Shown: positions 9,807 to 16,786 of the stretch, in pieces
Numbering within the stretch: the stretch's first letter is position 1
How the letters are laid out: every line of letters begins with the position of its first letter
Source: Eubacterium sp.
GTDB taxonomy: Bacteria > Bacillota > Clostridia > Oscillospirales > Acutalibacteraceae
Assembly (NCBI GenBank): GCA_022511225.1
Contig: JAFLRZ010000007.1
Span: forward strand, 29,283-93,282
DNA: 64,000 bases
Reading direction: 5' to 3'
Program-made: the position numbers and the translations under genes
The notes under the pieces: generated by a model
Databases searched by the model: none
Told to the model about the DNA's origin: nothing
The model's input: only the letters and a program-made list of their open reading frames with translations

Positions 9807-10718
9807 TCAAAAAAATCTCTTAACTAACTTTATTACTGCGCCGATGCTGCTGAGGAAATTGAATTTGTTTGGTATTTTAAGGTCGATAACTTCAACATTG
9901 TCAAGCCTGTTATACGTATGGATGCCAACAAAATTATAATTTTTATCAAGCTTTATTTCATTAACGCAGATTGTTCGATACGGCTTTTCCTTAAAACCGT
10001 TCTTTGAAATGCTTAAAACCTGATTAAAGTTGAGTTTTTCGCCGTATGCCTTATCGCAATCCTGCGACGGTCTTATGAGCTTATCTTCAAATTCAAATAA
10101 TTTGCCGGCACCTCTTGCATTAGAAGCGTCTACCTTTACAGGATTACTTTCGCACTCCTTAAGCTCTCCGTTTTCCTCATAAAAAAGATCGACTCTGTCA
10201 AATATATTTCTTTCGTCAACGCGTTCGGAAATATAATAATTCACGCCATCACTATCGGTATAAATAGTCGTATCTACCAAGTTGTCTTTGAGTAATAATG
10301 TTTCCTTTTCCCATTTGTCAGGAAACCCGGTACACTTAAGCCTGAAAAGCTCGCCCTGTTTGTTAGACTCAGGAACTATATAGTAAGTATCGTCATTTTT
10401 ATAGATAAACGGATAAGACAAGTGCTTATTTGATTCATAAATTATTTTTATATCACCGAAAGAGTTATCGGTTATTTCTCGATAACCAAGCAGACCTTTT
10501 CTTTTCAGCCTGTCATAGGCTTCGAAAAACAAATAATATTTTCCGTTTTCTTTTACCAAAAACGGGTCTGCCGTCCAATATCTGTAAGTGTCTTTTACAA
10601 CAGTAAACTGATTCACGGTGTCGTTTAATATTGAAGTGTTGTCATCCTTATTGAATCTTACTGCAGAGCACCATATATCGGGAAATAAAAGATATTTGAT
10701 TAATTTCGCAAATTTCAT
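9807..10718 (-). CDS. Five-bladed beta-propeller protein, GINT1 N-terminal / GH43-GH130-like
   Basis: WTADPFL, YLFFE, HLSYPF, NARGAG, RPSQDC...YG and HTYN motifs recalled from the bacterial glucosamine-inositolphosphorylceramide-transferase-like family. Confidence 0.65.
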   Translation of the reverse strand: MKFAKLIKYLLFPDIWCSAVRFNKDDNTSILNDTVNQFTVVKDTYRYWTADPFLVKENGKYYLFFEAYDRLKRKGLLGYREITDNSFGDIKIIYESNKHLSYPFIYKNDDTYYIVPESNKQGELFRLKCTGFPDKWEKETLLLKDNLVDTTIYTDSDGVNYYISERVDERNIFDRVDLFYEENGELKECESNPVKVDASNARGAGKLFEFEDKLIRPSQDCDKAYGEKLNFNQVLSISKNGFKEKPYRTICVNEIKLDKNYNFVGIHTYNRLDNVEVIDLKIPNKFNFLSSIGAVIKLVKRFF

Positions 10719-10774
10719 AATTTAATCCTCTAATAACAGAGTCTATATATAATTAATTATAATATAATGACTAT

Positions 10775-10803
10775 ATCGTATCATTTTAATATTAGTTTGT
10801 CAA
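10775..10803 (-). promoter_or_regulatory. SigA-type promoter of the polysaccharide operon
   Basis: TTGACA (10803-10798), 17 nt, TG-n-TACGAT (10780-10775). Confidence 0.6.
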
Positions 10804-10865
10804 CGAATATGTTAAAACTAAAGTAGTTGGAATAATGCCAAAAACGTGATACAGAATTATCTGCA

Positions 10866-11873
10866 TCACGTTTTTTGTGATTTGATTGATTTTTTAGCTT
10901 TGAAAATTATTATAATCTTTTCTAAGTTTAACAAAGATGAAATAAAAATTGTTAGTATAAACGATATTATTATTTGTAATGAAAGATTTATATCTAACAA
11001 TTTCACCATCATAAACACGCACATATGCCACAAATATATTTCGTACGAAATACTGCCTAACGCTTCAAAAATATTACTGATTCTAATATTCTCGCTTGCA
11101 AAGCTGCATAATGTAATGCAAAACAGCACAAATACAGGAGCGGATATAAGATTCAAAAAAGTTACGATATAAGTATAAGGGATTGGACCGATACCGGTTT
11201 GTGTATATGAAAAATATTTTGTCAATGAATAAACTGCTGCAAATAGCAATATTGTTAATGACTTTATAAGTCTATCAGTTTCAAAGCGATGTAAAATGTT
11301 ATTGAGTGAATTATAGTAATAGCCAATTAAAAATGTAAATGTAGAAATATACCACCATGTACCGATATCTTTTAGTACAGCAAATACTAAGAAAGCAATA
11401 TATAAGGGTATCCAAATCCAATCAAATTTTTGATTTTTCAAATACTTCTTACAGATATAAAATATCAGATATATTGCTAAGAGCTCAACAACATACCACA
11501 AAGAGCCGTTACTTAATCGAAAACCTAAACAGGATAATAAAATGTCATATACATTAAAAGTCTTAGAAATAACCGCAGATGAAACAGTATGAACCGTTTC
11601 TGCAAAAAAGAACGGCAGATAGATTTGCTTGAATTTCTTAACCAGAAATCCGTCAAGATAATTCTCCTTGTTTATCAGACTATACTTTAATCCGTAACCT
11701 GAAAAGAAGAAAAACACTCCAACCCATAGATTTCCGGCAAAAAACATAGTAATATACCAAGGATAACCGTCAAAATAATGACCAAACATAATGAATATCG
11801 CTGCAATACCCTTTATGCAATTTGAAATATTAATATCAAAAAATTTAATTTTACTACTCATAACGTAATCCAT
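10866..11873 (-). CDS. Acyltransferase family 3 (O-acetyltransferase)
   Basis: IKGIAAIFIMFGH, VFFFFSGYG, ISYEIYLWH motifs; about 10 TM segments. Confidence 0.85.
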   Translation of the reverse strand: MDYVMSSKIKFFDINISNCIKGIAAIFIMFGHYFDGYPWYITMFFAGNLWVGVFFFFSGYGLKYSLINKENYLDGFLVKKFKQIYLPFFFAETVHTVSSAVISKTFNVYDILLSCLGFRLSNGSLWYVVELLAIYLIFYICKKYLKNQKFDWIWIPLYIAFLVFAVLKDIGTWWYISTFTFLIGYYYNSLNNILHRFETDRLIKSLTILLFAAVYSLTKYFSYTQTGIGPIPYTYIVTFLNLISAPVFVLFCITLCSFASENIRISNIFEALGSISYEIYLWHMCVFMMVKLLDINLSLQIIISFILTIFISSLLNLEKIIIIFKAKKSIKSQKT

Positions 11874-11938
11874 TATTTATATTAATAACATTTGTGGATA
11901 AAGCCAAGAAATGTATCTTGAAATCACAGTATTCTTTA

Positions 11939-11967
11939 AGTATAACTTATTGTGTAAAACAAGTCAA
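11939..11967 (-). promoter_or_regulatory. SigA-type promoter of the acyltransferase gene
   Basis: TTGACT, 17 nt, TATACT. Confidence 0.5.
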
Positions 11968-12015
11968 GAATTAAGCATTAATATAACGGTTTCAGACAAA
12001 ATGTTAGATAACAGC

Positions 12016-12071
12016 AAAAAACAACAGAGTCGAACATTGAAATTCGGCTCTGTTACGGTGGTTGTGGAGTA
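12016..12071 (-). repeat. Displaced copy of the tRNA-fMet 3' end plus terminator (att-like direct repeat)
   Basis: 12023-12064 matches 15106-15147 at 40/42 nt; on minus it reads TACTCCACAACCA (tRNA end: TACTCCCGCAACCA) followed by the same hairpin. Confidence 0.85.
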
Positions 12072-12121
12072 TAATAACTAACATTGTATGTTTATTAGAG
12101 TAATGAATCATTGTGAGCTAT

Positions 12122-12973
12122 TTAAAATATTTCTAAGTCATCTATGTATTTTATACCATATTCATTACACCAATCGATAATGTAGGGTTTTAAGTACTGC
12201 TTTTCAAATTTATAATACTCATTGTATAATGCATGATCGTATTTTGGATTATAATCAATAAACCATCTGAATGCCACACCAAAGTTTGCTTCTTTTTCCA
12301 GTTGTTCTTTTTCTTTTATAAGATTATTCTCTTCAAGAAAACATCTATATATTGTTTCCTCAGGAATATACGGCATTTTTACACAGTCTAAATAAGGAGC
12401 CTTATTTGCTTTTTCATCGTCTACTGCTTGATATGTTCTTCTGTCAAAGTACATATTTTCTAAAGTTACATCACCAATTAAAGCTCGTAATCTAACACCG
12501 TCTGTTGGAATAACAATCCGTTCCATTTTTTGTGGACTGTCTAAAATATAATTATCAGGTTTTTTAATATTTACAGTAATTTCAATGCCGTTTTCTTTTG
12601 CCCAGTTTTTAACTATTGGTATAATTCGGGTGTAGCAAAAATATTCAAAATCACCTTCAGAAGCAAATACTTTTTCACCTTGAGAAAATATAATTCTATG
12701 GGCACCAGTATAACGATCATTTTCATCAAACAGATTCAGATAATCATTTGCTCTTTTATTGTTAAATGCTTCAACAAACTCTATATGTAAATCGTTATAG
12801 GACACCTGAGGAAGCTTCACCAGTCTTTTACTGTTAACGTATTCCTTGAATTTTTTAGTTGAAAAATCCTCTTCACAAACGCATTCGTCTTTTACTTTGT
12901 CATAAAAGTATTCTATTGGCTCAAAAAAGCTATCATTTAATACATAATCAAACAATTCTTCTATATCAGCCAT
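12122..12973 (-). CDS. Hypothetical protein with two tandem UPF0158-like domains
   Basis: Two ~135-aa halves: FYDK...LVKLP...IVKNWAKENGIEI and YFDR...CVKMP...YIIDWCNEYGIKY. Confidence 0.55.
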   Translation of the reverse strand: MADIEELFDYVLNDSFFEPIEYFYDKVKDECVCEEDFSTKKFKEYVNSKRLVKLPQVSYNDLHIEFVEAFNNKRANDYLNLFDENDRYTGAHRIIFSQGEKVFASEGDFEYFCYTRIIPIVKNWAKENGIEITVNIKKPDNYILDSPQKMERIVIPTDGVRLRALIGDVTLENMYFDRRTYQAVDDEKANKAPYLDCVKMPYIPEETIYRCFLEENNLIKEKEQLEKEANFGVAFRWFIDYNPKYDHALYNEYYKFEKQYLKPYIIDWCNEYGIKYIDDLEIF

Positions 12974-13043
12974 TTTTTATCCTTTCTGAATATGCAAATG
13001 GGATGTGTATTACAGTGATGTACCCTTTTGGGCACGAAAAACC

Positions 13044-13086
13044 GTTGCATATCATTCGATTTGGAAGGTGTATCCAACTTAGATGC
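13044..13086 (-). repeat. Islet junction motif B
   Basis: Starts 3 nt after the TAG of 13090..13983; coding strand GCATCTAAGTTGGATACACCTTCCAAATCGAATGATATGCAAC. Confidence 0.5.
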
Positions 13087-13089
13087 ACG

Positions 13090-13983
13090 CTAAACTATAT
13101 TTTGGTCAGAAAACTCCACTGATTTTGCCCATTCTGTAATTTGACTCGTATATTTTTCAACATTTTCGTCTAACGTGGCGAATTGCACCAACCAAAATGC
13201 ATCGTCAGCTTTATACACATAAGAATAATACTGATATACAGCGTTAGTTTCGGGACTGGTTGACTTATATACAAAATAAGTGAGTCCATCGACGTTCTTT
13301 ATTTCAACAGAATCAAAATTGTTGGCTTTGATTACCAAATCGGCATATTGTTCAAGTGTATTGTCCTCAAAACCATCAGCCAATGTGAATTCTTCTTTTA
13401 ATGCCCATACCGCAACATTTTTTGAATCGTATGCAACAGTATACGGTTCAATATCCGTTTTCAGAAATTCATCTGTCAGTGTTATGGTCATTCCGTCAGA
13501 AGAAAACTTCTTTGCTTCGGGGGCCTTATCTGAAAGATGCCCGGAAAGATACCCGGAGGAAAGTAAAAAACCGATAATAGCACCCACAATGACAGCTATA
13601 AGCATTATGAGCAGTCCTTTTCGTGTGCCTTTTTTACGGTTTGCTGCAACTTCTTCACTTTCGTTGTTATCGAATCGAAACGCATTTCCGGCAGCAGGGT
13701 TAAACTTGTTTTCGCCGGAAAGGAAGATGTTGTTCTGCCCCTCGGAAAGTTGATAATAATCATTGCAAAAGCTTTGGCTTAATTTATCTGCAATTACAAA
13801 AATCTTTGCTGCACGCTCATCTATTTGAAACGTTTTTTCTTCTCCGTTTTTTAAGTCTCCGATTTTGCGGCAGGGAACATTATTTATAGTCATCTCGTTT
13901 GATGTTGGATCTTCTATGTAAACCTTCATTTTTGCAAGACAGCCAACAAAACTCTTCGTTCTTTTAATTGTCAAATACCTCAT
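13090..13983 (-). CDS. Membrane-anchored hypothetical protein with a PsbP/DUF1795-like C-terminal domain
   Basis: Single TM (GLLIMLIAVIVGAIIGFLL); C-terminal GMTITL...TLEQYADLV...AFWLVQF pattern. ATG 13983 has an AAGGAGG RBS; the ORF-track start is 14016. Confidence 0.55.
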   Translation of the reverse strand: MRYLTIKRTKSFVGCLAKMKVYIEDPTSNEMTINNVPCRKIGDLKNGEEKTFQIDERAAKIFVIADKLSQSFCNDYYQLSEGQNNIFLSGENKFNPAAGNAFRFDNNESEEVAANRKKGTRKGLLIMLIAVIVGAIIGFLLSSGYLSGHLSDKAPEAKKFSSDGMTITLTDEFLKTDIEPYTVAYDSKNVAVWALKEEFTLADGFEDNTLEQYADLVIKANNFDSVEIKNVDGLTYFVYKSTSPETNAVYQYYSYVYKADDAFWLVQFATLDENVEKYTSQITEWAKSVEFSDQNIV

Positions 13984-14007
13984 AATATAATCCTCCTTAT
14001 ATGAATA

Positions 14008-14050
14008 GTTTAGCATATATAACTATGCAATTCAATATCAATTTAGATGC
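14008..14050 (-). repeat. Islet junction motif A
   Basis: Starts 2 nt after the TGA of the LRR gene; coding strand GCATCTAAATTGATATTGAATTGCATAGTTATATATGCTAAAC. Confidence 0.5.
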
Positions 14051-14052
14051 CG

Positions 14053-14928
14053 TCAGCCTTTTTCGGGGAAAGCTGTTTTATATGGCACGTCTTTATATTT
14101 TTGCTTTAATTCTTCGAAGGTACGGAGATATTTTTCAATTCGCTTTTCGTTTCCCTCTATCGCAAGCGATGGCTTTCGCTTACCCACAATGAGTACCCCC
14201 GGAACGTTATTCATCGACGAATCAAACAGCTTGGTATCAAGCTTCGCTTTTAGAGCATAGCCCTCTAATTGCGGAAAATTCGCCACAATCCACGCAACTT
14301 GCTCGGTTGAAAGCATATTCGTAGGAAAGTCAAATTGTTTCAAATCAGGCATATCCGCAAGGAATGAAAAGTCGTTATCTGCAATTGACTTTCCGGAAAA
14401 CATCAATTTCTCAATTTTGCAGTTTGCAAGTGGCATCAAACTGTCAAGTGTCATGGTAGACCAAATTGCATTTCCGATGCGAAAATCCTTGAGAGCGGGC
14501 GCAGTTTCAATACCTTCAATGGAAGTGAGCCTTGAAAAATCATTGATGCAAAGACCTGTCAATGAATGATTTGCGCTCATATCCCAAAGGGATTGTATTC
14601 TTTGATTAGCAAAAAAATCAAGATATTCCACATTCGGCAGAGTTGCGAGGAGTGACCAATCTTCAACTAATTTGTTTTTGAAAAAGGAAATTGCCTTCAA
14701 CTGATTGCCGTATGTTTGAATAAAGTATTCGAACGTATCCTGACGCAAGCCTGAAATTTTAACCATGTCTGTTTCGGGATAGTCTTTTAGTTTATCAATA
14801 TCTGCAACCGAGATTTTTCCACCGCCGATATCCATTTGTTCTTCCCTAAGCCAAAGGCAGGTGTGCTTTTCTGTTTTGGGATCATAATCAAAGCTTCCGT
14901 TAACAAAAGAATCAAAAGAAAACTTCAT
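14053..14928 (-). CDS. Leucine-rich-repeat protein
   Basis: Repeats such as DWSLLATLPNVEYLDF, LTSIEGIETAPALKDFRI and DFSFLADMPDLKQFDF. ATG 14928 has an AAGGAG RBS; the ORF-track start is 15003. Confidence 0.75.
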   Translation of the reverse strand: MKFSFDSFVNGSFDYDPKTEKHTCLWLREEQMDIGGGKISVADIDKLKDYPETDMVKISGLRQDTFEYFIQTYGNQLKAISFFKNKLVEDWSLLATLPNVEYLDFFANQRIQSLWDMSANHSLTGLCINDFSRLTSIEGIETAPALKDFRIGNAIWSTMTLDSLMPLANCKIEKLMFSGKSIADNDFSFLADMPDLKQFDFPTNMLSTEQVAWIVANFPQLEGYALKAKLDTKLFDSSMNNVPGVLIVGKRKPSLAIEGNEKRIEKYLRTFEELKQKYKDVPYKTAFPEKG

Positions 14929-15003
14929 TTGGCATCTCCTTGTGTTATTATAGTTTATATGTCTGATTATATCATACAAATATATAGTAGTCCAGTTGTT
15001 CAA

Positions 15004-15034
15004 GCTTACTAATCACTCGATTTAATGAGATGGC
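15004..15034 (-). repeat. Islet junction motif C (short form of B)
   Basis: GCCATCTCATT-AAATCGAGTGATTAGTAAGC; one arm matches B at 14/19 nt, and B's central GGATACACCTTCC is absent. Confidence 0.4.
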
Positions 15035-15105
15035 ATTTAAAGTGAATTATACTGCAAGTGCACTATATGATAATTTTGAAAAGTGGTAGAAAAAAGATAA
15101 AAAAT

Positions 15106-15137
15106 AACAGAGCCGAATATTGAAATTCGGCTCTGTT
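15106..15137 (-). terminator. Intrinsic terminator of tRNA-fMet
   Basis: AACAGAGCCGAAT / ATTCGGCTCTGTT hairpin followed by a T-rich run on minus. Confidence 0.85.
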
Positions 15138-15141
15138 ACGG

Positions 15142-15217
<76 letters not shown>

Positions 15218-15236
15218 ATGTTTTGTTGTGAGTTAT

Positions 15237-15264
15237 ATTATATCACTATTGTTTCTTTTGTCAA
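15237..15264 (-). promoter_or_regulatory. SigA promoter of tRNA-fMet
   Basis: TTGACA, 16 nt, TG-n-TATAAT. Confidence 0.75.
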
Positions 15265-15355
15265 TAGTTATATTGAAATTTATTCATTTAATCGGAATAA
15301 AATGATAAAGCATTTTAAAACTATTACTATATTATATACAGATGTGGTAAAGTTT

Positions 15356-16075
15356 ATGACTAATGATGAAATATTTTCCTTGTCTTTAGACATCGGGCGT
15401 GAAATCATCAAATCAGGCGGTGAAATTCACAGGGCAAAGGATACAATATACCGTATTAACAAAGCATACGGAAACAACGTTGCCGTTTTCGCCTTACCGT
15501 CAATTATATTAGCTCAGGGATGCGGAAGAATGGAGATTCGGCAAATTGAGCGTGAAGTTACGGATTTGACAGAGCTTGAAAGACTTAATGCGCTTTCTAG
15601 AAAGCTTTGCTCAAAGCCTTTGGAAGAAATACAAATTACAAAAAATTCACTCTACAGCAAGGTCTTTCAAATTCCTGCTGTTTTCGTTGCAACGTTTTCA
15701 TTTTGCTTGTTTTTTGGCGGAGGGATTGTTGATGCAATACTATCGGGTATTATTGGGATTATAATTACACTGCTTAACATCAGCTACTCTGACAAGTCAC
15801 TCCCCCTCTTTTCAACTAATCTTATTGAGTCCTTCGTTGCAGGATGCCTTGCGCATCTGCCCGTGCTTTTTGGCTTATCCGTAATGCCTGATAAAATTAT
15901 TATAGGCACGATTATGGTGCTCGTACCCGGTCTTACAATAGTAAGCGCAATGAGAGATTTAATGAACGGAAATCTCGTTGCCGGATTTATTGAGCTTATA
16001 AATTCCGTTATGTCCGCTTTATCAATCGCTTTGGGAATTGCAGGTGCTCTGTTTGCTTTCGGTGGAAAATTTTAG
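15356..16075 (+). CDS. Threonine/serine exporter ThrE family, N-terminal subunit
   Basis: LDIGREIIKSGGEIHRAKDTI...LERLNALSR...IMVLVPGLTIVSAMRDLMNGNLVAG. Start moved to ATG 15356 because the ORF-track extension overlaps the tRNA. Confidence 0.85.
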   Translation: MTNDEIFSLSLDIGREIIKSGGEIHRAKDTIYRINKAYGNNVAVFALPSIILAQGCGRMEIRQIEREVTDLTELERLNALSRKLCSKPLEEIQITKNSLYSKVFQIPAVFVATFSFCLFFGGGIVDAILSGIIGIIITLLNISYSDKSLPLFSTNLIESFVAGCLAHLPVLFGLSVMPDKIIIGTIMVLVPGLTIVSAMRDLMNGNLVAGFIELINSVMSALSIALGIAGALFAFGGKF

Positions 16076-16487
16076 TCAAATACTACTTTGTATTCTCGGA
16101 ACTTTTGCATTTGCAATAACTATGAATGCGCCTAAAAAAAGCCTGATGCTCATTATCATAGGAAGTGCAATTACTGCGGCTACCGAAAACATAATAGCAA
16201 GCAGATATAATGAATTTACCGCTTGCTTAACGGCAATGCTTGAGCTCTTTATTTTTTGCGAAATATCGGCTAAGCTTACTAAGCAACCTACGACGGTAAT
16301 TCTTATGCCGTCGACTATTCCCCTCCTGCCCGGCAGCTCGATTTATTACACGATGCTATATGCAATTCAAAATAACCGAGAGCTTATGATATACAATGCT
16401 AAGAATACTTTATTTGCAGGGCTCGGCATTGCATTAGGGGCTGTCATAGGCAGTGCCGTTTTAACGCTTATAAGACGAAACGAATAA
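16038..16487 (+). CDS. Threonine/serine exporter ThrE family, second subunit
   Basis: FAITMNAP...IPLLPGSSIY motif; overlaps the end of the first subunit. Exact start is uncertain (GTG 16062 possible). Confidence 0.83.
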   Translation: MQVLCLLSVENFSQILLCILGTFAFAITMNAPKKSLMLIIIGSAITAATENIIASRYNEFTACLTAMLELFIFCEISAKLTKQPTTVILMPSTIPLLPGSSIYYTMLYAIQNNRELMIYNAKNTLFAGLGIALGAVIGSAVLTLIRRNE

Positions 16488-16558
16488 TAAAAATATGTGT
16501 TGCAATAGGCACTGATTAATTATATAATATACCATATAAAAAAATAAGGAGATTATCT

Positions 16559-16777
16559 ATGAAAGTAAGAATTCCAAAGCACAGAGAGTTTTTGATTAAG
16601 TTTGAGGACGGCTACGACAAGGAGCAGGAAGCTTGGGAAGCTCTCAACAAAATTGTTAAGGATTATTCTGTTGACGGAAAGAGCGTTTATACAGAAACGT
16701 TTATTGAGGATAACGAGGACAAGGTAAAGGCTTTGCAGGAAGTCTACGAATTTACATACGAAATTATTGAAAAGTAA
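16559..16777 (+). CDS. Small acidic hypothetical protein
   Basis: 72 aa, AAGGAG RBS, codon usage like the host, 9 nt upstream of the GH38 start. Confidence 0.7.
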   Translation: MKVRIPKHREFLIKFEDGYDKEQEAWEALNKIVKDYSVDGKSVYTETFIEDNEDKVKALQEVYEFTYEIIEK

Positions 16778-16786
16778 GGAATAACG

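Noticed and set aside
13089-14014. 10-bp inverted repeat (GCTAAACTAT / ATAGTTTAGC) flanking the middle islet gene, suggesting an invertible segment or MITE
   Set aside because: It does not extend beyond 10 bp, overlaps the stop codon and junction motif A, and has no target duplication; compatible with chance.
13044-14050. Canonical integron attC sites
   Set aside because: The elements are about 43 nt, end the R'' box in AAG/AAA rather than AAC, lack a clear matching GTTRRRY with L boxes, and no intI is present. Retained only as an integron-like hypothesis.
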